64,000 nucleotides of DNA from a virus (lineage: Duplodnaviria; Caudoviricetes): positions 1,681-65,680 of the IMG/VR virus record IMGVR_UViG_3300009183_000091; one strand, written 5' to 3'. The notes below the pieces were generated by a model, which was given only the letters and a program-made list of their open reading frames with translations, was not told the origin of the DNA and made no database searches. Both the position numbers and the translations under genes were made by a program. Numbering within the stretch: position 1 is the first letter of the stretch; each line of letters opens with the position of its first letter. Positions 17,543 through 28,200 of this stretch are shown here, in pieces.

Positions 17543-18421
17543 CTACAAAGATAATAACATATCAATTAAGTCTGGATGAGGGTACATATCTACCTTACCT
17601 CTTAATACATTAGTATGCGAGTACATACCTGGGGTTGATTCTGCTTTAGCAGGCTCACATATATCAAATCCATCAGCCCCCTTAGCTTTAATATATTGAA
17701 CTAATCCAATTCTAGGATCAATATTGTACTTCTTAGCTATAAATAAAATCCATCTTTTCAATGTAAGTATCTGAGCATCTGAGTAATCATGCCAGTACTG
17801 TAATCCCCTAAATGGTTTAGCTAACTTAATTACTTGATCTGACTTAGCAACAGTACCAACATAAGTTTTACCATTAACAATTTGTCCCATGTTACATACC
17901 TCTACCGCTACAGAGTTTCTATGCATAACAGAGTTACCTGTACCTGTGTGCCATCCATATCCTCCCTCAGGGAAACATTGTATTAGCTCACCATCAAACT
18001 TAGTGTTACCATCTCTAACAGATTGTCCACCTAGGATAAATTCAGTAGCTACATTGCCACGATTATCTCTAGCCCACATATCAGCAACTTGATAAGGATC
18101 TTCCCATCCTGCTGTATGATGTAAGAATATCCACTTCTTAGGAACAGGACCAGCGAAATAAGTTCCAGCAGGCATGTAGTGTTGATTGATTTTTAAGGCG
18201 TGATCCACCTCACTATTCTCAGCATTGTCAGTGTTCAATATCCCCATAGCAGCCCAGGTGTTCTTTCCTACAATGCCATCATCAATTAATCCATGAGATT
18301 TCTGCCAAGTCTTTACAGCTGTTTCAGTCTGAGGACCAAAAGTACCATCAACTCCAATTTTAAGGAACTGCTGTAATGTTTTTACAGATTCTCCTTTACT
18401 TCCTAGTTTTATCACTATCAT
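17543..18421 (-). CDS. endolysin: PG-binding domain plus N-acetylmuramoyl-L-alanine amidase
   Basis: DGTFGPQTETAVKTWQ..DGIVG; FLHHTAG, WHTG, SH..KVD. Confidence 0.9.
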   Translation of the reverse strand: MIVIKLGSKGESVKTLQQFLKIGVDGTFGPQTETAVKTWQKSHGLIDDGIVGKNTWAAMGILNTDNAENSEVDHALKINQHYMPAGTYFAGPVPKKWIFLHHTAGWEDPYQVADMWARDNRGNVATEFILGGQSVRDGNTKFDGELIQCFPEGGYGWHTGTGNSVMHRNSVAVEVCNMGQIVNGKTYVGTVAKSDQVIKLAKPFRGLQYWHDYSDAQILTLKRWILFIAKKYNIDPRIGLVQYIKAKGADGFDICEPAKAESTPGMYSHTNVLRGKVDMYPHPDLIDMLLSL

Positions 18422-18487
18422 CTTTTTTTATATTAGTTAGACCTATTATTCCAGCCAAAGATAATATAAATAGACAAAATAAGAAAA

Positions 18488-18916
18488 TCATGACTTTAAT
18501 TTATCTGCTTCTTCCTTAGCTCTCGTGATGAACTCACGTAATGATTTAAGAACATTTTGGCCTGTTACAGACTCGTAAGACTCATTTATTGACTTAATCT
18601 CTACAACAACACAAAAGAAAGCTACTATTTTTGTCATTATAAGGTCAATAGAGATGAAATTAGCCACTATATCAGCTGCGATGTACTTCTCTGTTAAAAA
18701 TACAAAAAGAATCGCTCCTGAGTAAAGTAATGACTTGCTTATAACGTGAGATAATCTTCTACTTCTTATTGATTTCCATCCTCCTTTCTTAACACTTCTC
18801 CAAACACCAAATCCTGTATCAATCAAAATAGCTAATAAAGCAATGTAAATCATAGGAAAAACTGGAGATACTACTGCTAGTATTGATGTGATCATTAAAA
18901 CAAGTTTCGTCTTCAT
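18488..18916 (-). CDS. holin
   Basis: Multiple TM segments, IDTGFG, EIKSINE motif; adjacent to the endolysin. Confidence 0.8.
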   Translation of the reverse strand: MKTKLVLMITSILAVVSPVFPMIYIALLAILIDTGFGVWRSVKKGGWKSIRSRRLSHVISKSLLYSGAILFVFLTEKYIAADIVANFISIDLIMTKIVAFFCVVVEIKSINESYESVTGQNVLKSLREFITRAKEEADKLKS

Positions 18917-19371
18917 AGTAAGTATTTTCTTATTAACCTATACGTAAAATATACTAGAAGCAAAGATAAGGAAATTCCTATTATGTTATTTAAGAGCGTC
19001 TTATACCAAGGAGTCTTTTCATAGTAACGAATCGGTATCTTTCTTTCTACTATTTTTTCATAAGGCTTTATGATATATACTGTATCACACTTTCCTTTGA
19101 TGTAAACCTTTAACTCTCTGTCCATCCAGACCTTAACTTTAAGCTGTTCTTTTTCGATAAATATTGTATCGAATAAATCCATATACTCAACGATAGTATC
19201 TACACGAACCTCTGGTACATTAAGTCGAATAGTATCTCTTATTGTATCTTTTACTATAAGTGTATCTTTAGTAAGAAGTTCAGGATGCTTTCTTATAAGT
19301 CTATCAAATCTTCTTTGAGGAGAGCATGATATAATTAATAGTATAATGATAAAGTATTTCATAATTTTCAT
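18913..19371 (-). CDS. putative unimolecular spanin
   Basis: N-terminal LIISC lipobox, beta-rich DTI repeats, C-terminal TM; in the lysis cassette. Confidence 0.6.
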   Translation of the reverse strand: MKIMKYFIIILLIISCSPQRRFDRLIRKHPELLTKDTLIVKDTIRDTIRLNVPEVRVDTIVEYMDLFDTIFIEKEQLKVKVWMDRELKVYIKGKCDTVYIIKPYEKIVERKIPIRYYEKTPWYKTLLNNIIGISLSLLLVYFTYRLIRKYLL

Positions 19372-19374
19372 TTG

Positions 19375-20211
19375 CTAAACTTGACGAGCCAACGTGGTGT
19401 TGAATGCTTGTACCGCAGTTCTTAAATTAGCGGCTTCTGTTGCAGTAAGTGAATCATTAAATATAGCTGAAAAAGCATATCTAATATTTGTAGATAATAA
19501 CAAAGCACCATTTCTATTAAGACCTCCTATATATACATTTCCATTGTATAATGTACCAGTAGTGTTTGTGCTTGTAACTACCAAAGAACCATTTTTATAA
19601 ATATCATTATTAGAAAATCCTGGTGTTGGATTTGTTCTTTTAACTGCGGTATAAAAACCTAACCCCGTTGTATCTGAATAAGTTACGGGAGAAGCAGCAG
19701 CAAAAGCACCTACATTAGTTCCAAAAACGGAAGTTTTTACTGCTAAATACCAGTTGCTATTATTATCAGCCCCAAAGTCAATACCTCCAGTTGTATATTG
19801 ATTGGTGTATAATGCTGCACTAAAACTATTTACAGATGTTATTTGAGTGCTAAAATTAAATCCAGTGTTACCATAGGAATTAACTGCATTACCTTTAACG
19901 CCATTAGCATCCCAAGTCCATCCACCAACCCAACTAATTTGAAATTGAGACGTATTTTTAAGATTAAAACTTGTTGAAGTAGAAGTACCACCAACATAAG
20001 GGTGTATCATTGAAGCCTTAGTCCATACTCCGTAACCTTTCAAGTCAACTACTAAAGTATTGATAGCAGTCTTCTGTGTAGCATCAGTAATACCAGCAGC
20101 AGTGATAAAGGCTTGAGCATCTGGATCAAAAGAAGGAGCAGTAGGTAATATTATATTACATCCCTTAGTTCCTGCGCTTAATACCTTTCCTAAATATATA
20201 CTAGCTCCCAT
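19375..20211 (-). CDS. virion lectin-like / receptor-binding protein, paralog A
   Basis: DPDAQAFITAA N-motif, beta-rich ConA-like core, EAAN..TAVQAF C-motif. Confidence 0.6.
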   Translation of the reverse strand: MGASIYLGKVLSAGTKGCNIILPTAPSFDPDAQAFITAAGITDATQKTAINTLVVDLKGYGVWTKASMIHPYVGGTSTSTSFNLKNTSQFQISWVGGWTWDANGVKGNAVNSYGNTGFNFSTQITSVNSFSAALYTNQYTTGGIDFGADNNSNWYLAVKTSVFGTNVGAFAAASPVTYSDTTGLGFYTAVKRTNPTPGFSNNDIYKNGSLVVTSTNTTGTLYNGNVYIGGLNRNGALLLSTNIRYAFSAIFNDSLTATEAANLRTAVQAFNTTLARQV

Positions 20212-20768
20212 TAATATGTTTTATATAATGTAAATATTTCTGAATATATAGAGTTTCCTGCATTGTTAGTATTCCACTGAGCAGTGATAACTAATGTATT
20301 AGATACAGTAGTATCAAAAGTTGTATTGTTTACTATACTAAAATTTACTCCCTCAAAGTTAAATCCTGAATTTTTAGTATATGCAAACAATCCTCCTGAT
20401 GCTATAGAAGCTACAGTAGCTGCTCCTACTTGTCTTACAGTAAAATTAACATCTAGTTTCCAATGCTTAGTAGTAGCAGCACTCATTGCCATGGCTCCTG
20501 TATCTGCTAGTAATATTCCTGACGCAGTTTTAACTCTAATCTCTAAAGTAGCTGTACCTACACAAGATAAGTGTCCTATTAATACACCAGCAAAGCTATC
20601 CCCTACTTGAAAACCATTTGCAGGAATAGTAAGACTTCCTAAACCTCCATCTAATAAACTACCCTCAACAGCTGTAGCTGTCACAGGAGTACTTGATGCT
20701 GTCTGTGTATATAACCCTCCTGTAATAGTATAAGGGTTCGCAGATAATATGTTTATTTGAGTACTCAT
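20211..20768 (-). CDS. putative tail/spike structural protein
   Basis: T/G/A-rich beta-type protein in the tail cluster. Confidence 0.5.
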   Translation of the reverse strand: MSTQINILSANPYTITGGLYTQTASSTPVTATAVEGSLLDGGLGSLTIPANGFQVGDSFAGVLIGHLSCVGTATLEIRVKTASGILLADTGAMAMSAATTKHWKLDVNFTVRQVGAATVASIASGGLFAYTKNSGFNFEGVNFSIVNNTTFDTTVSNTLVITAQWNTNNAGNSIYSEIFTLYKTY

Positions 20769-21019
20769 ACTTCAAATGGAGGAGGAGTAGGCTTCGGTTC
20801 ATAGATAATTAAGTCTAAGTCTTTTACCCATAAGAAGTCAGGATTAACTGTTTGTTCCATCTCTTCTACTGAGATTATCCACCGATCCAATAAATCCAAA
20901 ATTGGATTGTAAAATGAGTCTGGTGCATACCATTGTCCGACTAATTCGTCTTTTTGTACCTCTGTTAGTAAACCTACATAGGTCAACTTTTGTTCTGCTG
21001 TTAAATCTGTTAGTTTCAT
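20765..21019 (-). CDS. small protein accompanying the lectin-like gene (possible chaperone)
   Basis: FYNPILD..RWIIS.EE, PKPTPPPF tail. Confidence 0.5.
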   Translation of the reverse strand: MKLTDLTAEQKLTYVGLLTEVQKDELVGQWYAPDSFYNPILDLLDRWIISVEEMEQTVNPDFLWVKDLDLIIYEPKPTPPPFEV

Positions 21020-21022
21020 ATA

Positions 21023-21841
21023 TTAAATATTTCTGGAAAGACTTGTTTGGAATGCTTGTACCGCTGTATAAAAGTTAGCCGCTTCGGTGTCACTTAAGCC
21101 GTCACCTATTGATGCGAAGGCTGTTTGTTTTGAACTGTACCATATAGCAGTGCCACCGCCAATGTTATTCGCACTACCTAAAAATATGTTACCATTAATT
21201 AAACCCGTACTGTTTACCGTAACTGTACTTAATAAACTTCCACTTTTATAATATTTTTCAGTTGTTGAATTCGCTCTACTTCCTATTAATAAACCAGTTG
21301 TTGGCGTTGCAATACTTCCAACTATGCTTTCAGTTCTATTAATACTTTTATAACTTATTCCCGCAAAACTATATAATAAATAAGTTTGAATAAGCGGTGA
21401 TGAACTTACAACACCTGTTTCAATTTGATTAGCAGAAATATTTGTTCTTGAATAATAAGCTAAATGAGTTGAATTTTGAGCTAACGAAACGGAAGGGTTT
21501 AACTTAGTATCTGCATAGGCATTAGTTCCATTAGGTAAATATCCATTTGAACTATGAGTACCTCCACCAAAAAACACCAATCTAAACGCAGCATCTAAAT
21601 CCCTTGGGTCTTTCAAGTTGAATTTTTGTTGCGAGGCAGTAGACCCTACAAATGGGTACAAAGCTTTCATTTTACTCCATATAGAATACCCTTTCAAGTC
21701 AACCACCAAAGTATTGATAGCCGCTTGTTGTGTTGGGTCTGTTATTGCAGCCGCTGTAATGAATGCTTGTGCGTCTGGGTCAACACTAGGAGTTAGTGAA
21801 GCTAAATAAATACCTGTATTTCCACCTAAGATAACAGGCAT
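21023..21841 (-). CDS. virion lectin-like / receptor-binding protein, paralog B
   Basis: Same N- and C-motifs as 19375-20211. Confidence 0.6.
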   Translation of the reverse strand: MPVILGGNTGIYLASLTPSVDPDAQAFITAAAITDPTQQAAINTLVVDLKGYSIWSKMKALYPFVGSTASQQKFNLKDPRDLDAAFRLVFFGGGTHSSNGYLPNGTNAYADTKLNPSVSLAQNSTHLAYYSRTNISANQIETGVVSSSPLIQTYLLYSFAGISYKSINRTESIVGSIATPTTGLLIGSRANSTTEKYYKSGSLLSTVTVNSTGLINGNIFLGSANNIGGGTAIWYSSKQTAFASIGDGLSDTEAANFYTAVQAFQTSLSRNI

Positions 21842-21842
21842 A

Positions 21843-22643
21843 TTATGCTACATAAATTATTATAAACTCAGTTCCTGTTGCATCGTAAGCAAATGAACTA
21901 AAGTAATTGTTTATTGCATCTGCTGAGAAGTTTAATACCTCTCCTGGTTTAATAGTAATACTTAATACAGTTCCATTAGCAGCTCCTACATTAGCAACTG
22001 ATACAGAATAGAAAGTAGCAGCAGCAGAACTTACATTTCCTGATCCTGTAGGCCTAATTATTCCTGGAGTTCTAGCTAATCCTGTTCCTCCATCTACAGT
22101 AATGCTGTTGCCACCATCATTAATAGCTACAGCTCCTTTATTATTTACTGCGATTGGTGAATAATCACCATCTGCATTTGTTAAGGTAGCATTAGAATCG
22201 TTCCTAACACCCATTACAAACATACCAGAATTGGTAGATGCATGAGCTGAATCTTCACCATATAAACCTTGAATAGCAACTTGACCACTTGCATTTACAA
22301 AAACAGGTGTAGGGGTAGCTCCGTTATAACCATAAATACCAATGCTATCATTAGCAGCACTTATACTTACTTCGATAACTTCATTCATCCAAGATGCTAT
22401 AGTGTTTACAGCTAGAGTAGCCCCAGCAAAAGTATTAACCCATAATATGGTAGGATCTACATCTTTTAAATAAATTCTTAATGAATTATTCTTATCGTTA
22501 GCTATGAAGTTAATTATTACATAGTAATCTCCATTAGTGTCCCAAGAGAAACTAACAGATTTAATTGAGTCAAATGCATAGACATCTTTTCTAGTGTCGT
22601 ATGTTAGATTTAACTGATTATTGAGATTGGTAATGTATATCAT
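21843..22643 (-). CDS. putative tail fibre/spike protein
   Basis: EDSAHAS...DGDYSPIAVN..G repeat-like motif. Confidence 0.5.
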   Translation of the reverse strand: MIYITNLNNQLNLTYDTRKDVYAFDSIKSVSFSWDTNGDYYVIINFIANDKNNSLRIYLKDVDPTILWVNTFAGATLAVNTIASWMNEVIEVSISAANDSIGIYGYNGATPTPVFVNASGQVAIQGLYGEDSAHASTNSGMFVMGVRNDSNATLTNADGDYSPIAVNNKGAVAINDGGNSITVDGGTGLARTPGIIRPTGSGNVSSAAATFYSVSVANVGAANGTVLSITIKPGEVLNFSADAINNYFSSFAYDATGTEFIIIYVA

Positions 22644-22662
22644 ATTATTTTATTTTTTATTA

Positions 22663-23223
22663 TTAAGCTACAACTGGTAATTTCCAGAAGAATACATCAC
22701 TAGCGATACATCCATTCATATCAGTAACAGTACATTTTATTAGTCCGAATTGATTTAATCCAGAGTCTCCTGTTACTACAACTGTATCATTTGTAGTAGG
22801 TAATGTAAGTGCTATATCACCTATATTATCTTGAGTAGTCCATTGATAAGTATATGGAGCTAATCCTCCTGATGCAGTAACAGCCAATGTGCTAGGCAAT
22901 GTTTGAGTAATAGAAGCAGCTAAAGGACAAGTACATAACTTAGCAATAACAGCATCAAGTAGTTGTTGGAATCCATAACTACCAGCTTCTAGTCCTAAAC
23001 AGTTACCATCAGCTAACACATACGTTACGCTATCCATTAACTCATTAACCATATTAGTAGTATAAGACTCTAACAAGGCTAGAACGTCATTTAAAGAAGC
23101 GTCACATGGAACTTCTAATACGTTAAAGCTACCATCAAATACAGTTATGTCAGATGTCTTATAAGGACAGTTATCTGAACATGAACAATTTGATCCTAAA
23201 TTTCCACAACTATTACAGCTCAT
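22663..23223 (-). CDS. Cys-rich structural protein with a SprB/Ig-like domain
   Basis: MSCNSCG..; VTASGGLAPYTYQW..VTDMNGC. Confidence 0.55.
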   Translation of the reverse strand: MSCNSCGNLGSNCSCSDNCPYKTSDITVFDGSFNVLEVPCDASLNDVLALLESYTTNMVNELMDSVTYVLADGNCLGLEAGSYGFQQLLDAVIAKLCTCPLAASITQTLPSTLAVTASGGLAPYTYQWTTQDNIGDIALTLPTTNDTVVVTGDSGLNQFGLIKCTVTDMNGCIASDVFFWKLPVVA

Positions 23224-23226
23224 ATC

Positions 23227-24471
23227 TTAACAATTACAATTTTCATTCAAGTTATTTATTAAACATTGCTCCTCTTCTTCGCATATTACTCCGTAAGGTA
23301 AGCAAGATAATACATCAAATATTAAATGTTTCCTAAATAAGTCATCCCAACTAGTACCACATTTAAAACCAAATATCTCTTTATTCCTTATAGATGATAT
23401 TTCATCTACAAAGATAGCTTTCTTTTTCTTTAGTAAATTTCTGTTTCTAGGCTGTACGTAATCACAACAATCAAAACACTCAGCACCTATAACTCTAAAT
23501 ACATCAAATGCTTCTGAGTTATAAGAACCAAAAGGACATTCGTTTGTTGACGCTAAGTTAGCAAAAGTCATAGCTGAAATACTCAACGCTATCTTTACAA
23601 CCCATTGACCACCTAAGTAAAATATATAATAGGTAACATCTCCAATATTAAATGTATAGTAGTTTATACCATTGTAAACCAGTATATTACCGTACTCATC
23701 ATACTCTACACTAGCTGTGTAATCATCTCCATCTACCGTTACAATTAATTCAGTGTCACAGCAACCACAATCAATAATATATGATTTAACATCATATCCT
23801 GTAACACCTAAATCAGTAAATGAAAAACGAGTAGTGTCTCCATTCCAGTTAGATACATAAGCTCCATAAGGACAATTATTTAATCCAAATAAAAAACCTG
23901 CATAACTATCTGAATCTAAATCTGTTAAAATCCAACATAAAGTTCCGACAGGAGCTAAAGCATCAACAGGAGCTAATCCCCATGCTATGCTATAATTAAT
24001 ATCTGGACCAGACCAATCACTTGTAAATGTATAAGACTTTTTACCATTGGTATAAGAACCATCCCAAATAAAGAAAGAATCAAAAGTACCTAGTGTATTA
24101 AAGGCTACAGCAATACAATCCATATCCCAGCAATTAGATGCAGGACATGAATCAGCAGAACCATAGAAAACTCCTATTACAACATCTTCTTCTATAGTGT
24201 CATTAAAATAAGACATTTCCCATCTGTCTAACACATCATTATACTGAATGGTTAAGATATATTCTTGACCTAATACAGATTCAAATGCAATACTATCGTT
24301 TATAATGTAAGGATAACCTAATTCAGACACCTCTTGATATGCCGTAACAGTTTCTAATAACTCACCAAGAGAATCGTATATATTAAACTCTACGCCACAT
24401 AAGCAGCTTACAGCGGTATCAGGACATTGGTTTATATCTGGACAGTTACAACTCATGAAGTACAACAACAA
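23227..24471 (-). CDS. Cys-rich repeat-containing tail protein (start probably at MSCNCP)
   Basis: Three repeats each ending near a CP motif; DCGCCD, DCCD, terminal ENCNC. Confidence 0.55.
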   Translation of the reverse strand: MLLYFMSCNCPDINQCPDTAVSCLCGVEFNIYDSLGELLETVTAYQEVSELGYPYIINDSIAFESVLGQEYILTIQYNDVLDRWEMSYFNDTIEEDVVIGVFYGSADSCPASNCWDMDCIAVAFNTLGTFDSFFIWDGSYTNGKKSYTFTSDWSGPDINYSIAWGLAPVDALAPVGTLCWILTDLDSDSYAGFLFGLNNCPYGAYVSNWNGDTTRFSFTDLGVTGYDVKSYIIDCGCCDTELIVTVDGDDYTASVEYDEYGNILVYNGINYYTFNIGDVTYYIFYLGGQWVVKIALSISAMTFANLASTNECPFGSYNSEAFDVFRVIGAECFDCCDYVQPRNRNLLKKKKAIFVDEISSIRNKEIFGFKCGTSWDDLFRKHLIFDVLSCLPYGVICEEEEQCLINNLNENCNC

Positions 24472-25244
24472 AGTGATTTTAAAATATCTATATGATTCTG
24501 AGCGTTAACCCAATCAAATCCACAAGCAGCAAACTCTAATCCATCCATGACAACTCTCATCTTCATAGCCTTCATGAAATCTCTATTATCGCACATATCT
24601 TTGCATGGATTTTTCTCCATACCACAGAACGCACTAGCGACAGCTTCTCTATAACAATCTTCAATAGATATACACAATACGACAATTCGTTGCTTAGCAC
24701 AGTAACGAGTAGTATCACAAGCGTTAACATCAGTATAAAGAGTCCAATAAGCATCGTTCGTAGGATCAGCAGGATCAGCATTAGTAGAAGAAGCAACAGC
24801 TTTATATAATTTCCCATCTCTCAGCACTATTGGTTTTAAAAATGTTTGATAAAAAACATCTGCCCTCCAGTTAGGATATGTACAAATTTCTACAGAGTAT
24901 ATACCATCAACATCAGCGTCAGTAATATTATACGTAAAGCTATTGTTAGAAGCTAAATGAGAAGGTATAATGTTATAAGCAATACCTTGTGTTGCCATTG
25001 GGTATGCCGTAGGATTATTCGTTCTTACATCAGCTGTAATTAGCATGAAGGTAGAGCCATCTCCCTTAGTTATTGTAATCGTCCTGCTTGTGAAGTCAGT
25101 AGATAAATGCCCTGGCATATCACTATCAACATAGTTGGATGTGTCTTTAAAAGTTATCTTCCTGCAATCGCAAGACATTTCTAAAGAGCTACACTTATCA
25201 ACTAATAATGAAGTTTTATATGGATTTGTTATAGGTGTTGCCAT
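24453..25244 (-). CDS. putative tail hub/structural protein
   Basis: DGIYSV motif, Cys-rich helical C-terminus; TAAATTTG promoter at 25261-25268. Confidence 0.5.
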   Translation of the reverse strand: MATPITNPYKTSLLVDKCSSLEMSCDCRKITFKDTSNYVDSDMPGHLSTDFTSRTITITKGDGSTFMLITADVRTNNPTAYPMATQGIAYNIIPSHLASNNSFTYNITDADVDGIYSVEICTYPNWRADVFYQTFLKPIVLRDGKLYKAVASSTNADPADPTNDAYWTLYTDVNACDTTRYCAKQRIVVLCISIEDCYREAVASAFCGMEKNPCKDMCDNRDFMKAMKMRVVMDGLEFAACGFDWVNAQNHIDILKSLCCCTS

Positions 25245-25295
25245 TTCTTATTAATTGTTACAAATTTAACATTTTTTATAATACACTAATTTATC

Positions 25296-28200
25296 TTAAA
25301 ACTTAGGAATCTTTGGTCCAAAACTTTGTTTAGGAAATTGTCCTGGTTTTGAGCTGCCTCTACTTCTTCTTTTCTTAGGTTCTTCTTTTACTTTTCCAAG
25401 ATATGGACTAATGTTGTCATCATAAAACTTATCTGGCTTTTTATCTTTAAAGTAGAAATCTTTATCTCTTGATTTTATTTGAAGCAATACTTCGTTAGCA
25501 TCAGCATCACCTTCTAGAAGCGCACCAAAACTTTCTACCATTTCATTGAAGTTATCTTTTCCTAATATTGTGTTTAAAGATTTTTTACTGCTTCCTCCCA
25601 TTTTTTGAAAAATATTTAGATTCTCATACTCTTTTGCAACTTCTTCGTAGAATTTTTTAACCGCAAATGGATTGTCTTTAAGGTATTGATCCCTTTCAGC
25701 TGGAGTCATTTTCTTCATTTTTCTCATTTCAAACTCAGTAGGCTCCCATCCTTTCCAGAAATCATTAAGTTCTGTTTTATCAAGTTTACTTATATCTCCT
25801 TCAGTATTATATAATCCAACAGCTACATTAGCTATATTTGCCATTCTTTGGAATACTGGTATATTATTGTAAAAATCTCTTCCTCTAAGAGTGTTGAGAG
25901 CCATTTTTGAAATTAACCCACTTATACCTAATGTACCCATATTACCCTGTATGTTATCAGCAAAAGAGTCATAAAGTATTCTGTTCTTTTTGATGTCAGA
26001 TTCTTCTTCATCATCTTCATTATATCTTAACCAAGCTACTATTCCACCTGTTGATATAAGTCCAAATGGAACTCCTGCAAAAAGAGTGTAATATACAACA
26101 TCAGATAAAGCCTGTGCTCGCTCATTATTGTTTAAACTTTTCCAATCTGAAATATCTATTAATCCTTTTGAAATTTTCTTAACCATTGCATTATTAGCAG
26201 ATAAGTAAGGGAAAAGAAGTCTGTATGTTGATTGATATGTCGCATTTGAGATAGTCTCTCTAGCTATTGATGGCTGCTGAGTTCTTTCCGTTTCTTCAAA
26301 CCACCTCTGCATTGCATTTTCTTGCGCTGTTTCAAAATCTTGTCCTTTAGCTACATTATTCCTAAATTGAGCTAATGCAAAACTACCTCCTCCTCCAGGA
26401 GCTGTTATAGCTATAAAGTCACCTAGTTTTATAGGAGACATACTTACATTTGTAGCTAGCTTAGTAAGGTCTTTAATCGCTTGATTTATATTTGAATGGA
26501 CTTTATTATTAGCTCCATTAAATATTCTTGACTCTAAGAATTTATCTATACCAACTTTTAATGCTTGAGTATCTTGAGTAGCCATACCTCCAGTAATCCT
26601 TGTCCATAAATAACTATTATCTAAGAAAAACTCTTTCATAAACTTAGCTTCTCCTTTGTTTATAGGAACAGGAGCAATTAAAACATCATGAGGATAAACT
26701 CCGTCTTTAATACCAGCCGTATAATAGTTTAACGCTGATACAGCTTGTTGACTTATTGATTTGAATCGTAATAACAATGTTGTTAATGCGTTAGCGTTAG
26801 CCATTCTAGATACAAAGTCATTTTGGAATGGGCTTTTATCAGTTAAAACAATTCCTAAATCAGTAATGAATGAGTTATATCTATTTACATCATTCAACTT
26901 ATTTATTAAATGAGGAACATTATTTTTAGCTAATAGAGAATAAACATTTTGAACCACAGGTATAAATTGTTCAGCATGAGCCATTGACTCAATATATCTA
27001 TTAAACATTTCATCAGCACTAATAGCTTCAAAAGGATATGCTGAAGCATTATTCCTATGCATCATCTGAGGAGCTATAGCAGATATATTACTACTATTCC
27101 CCCCCTCTAAATCTAATATACTTCCAGGATCTGTTGAAGCTCCTGATTTAGGTTCAGGCCAATAGTTTCCTTTTTCTATTTCAATACCATATAACGATTC
27201 TATTACTGGTATAAATCTATCAGCAAGATCTCCATTATACATATCATTTAATAGATTATAGTAATCCATAAGTTTTTTATTCTTAGGATTATTCATATAA
27301 TCAATTATTTCTTGAGGATTTATTGCATTTTGTTTTTTAAGTATTTCAATATTTGTTTTTCTTTTTTCAGCATCTTTATTGTTTATTAACCCGTAATAAT
27401 GAACTACTTGAGCGTTAGTTAAACTATCAGATTCTCTTCCTTTTAAAGAAGTCTCACCTGCACTTATACCAGAAGAATTGTTTAATGTATATCTACCTCC
27501 AGCAGTACCAAATATCTCTCTCTTCTTTGCATTATACTCTCCTATTGTCCTAATTATGTAGTCTTGTTTTTTATATTCAGCCTCTCTTATTGGCTTCATT
27601 ATTTGATTTTCTAACCAAGCTCTCATTTTAGGAGAACCTTTACCAAGTAATTTAACAGCTGTTTCTAAATCTCTAATAGCAAAAAGTGTAGATTGTTTAG
27701 CTCTTCTTAATGGTCCTTGAGTTTTTGATTTTAAATTTTCAACATTTGATTGTTCATTAATATAAAATTTAACATTAGACAAGTCTGCCTTAGGATTATT
27801 TTTTATAAATGTTTCAAACCTTGATTTATTCATAGATTGACCATTGATAACAACTACACCGTTTTTATCATCAAATTTATCTAATATTTTTTGCTTTCCA
27901 TTAAGAATAACTGGTTTACCACCTAGTTCCTCTAGAAACATAGCTTGATCTTTCCTTTTTCTATTGTCTTCTGTTATTTCATCAAACTTTGTATCGGCTC
28001 TACCTGTAGTTAAAATGTTATCTATATTATCATTTAGTATTTTTAATTCTTCCTGAGTCATAGAATCTAAACTATCAAATGCGCCTTGTTTATACAGCTC
28101 ACTTATTTTACGTTGAGCAGGTAAACTTATCTTACCTGTCTTTCTTCCAGTCTTTTTATTATAAGATATTATTTTTTTACTGTTAGCCTTTACCTTATCA

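Noticed and set aside
19375-21841. Diversity-generating retroelement acting on the lectin-like genes
   Set aside because: No reverse transcriptase and no template/variable repeat pair differing only at adenines
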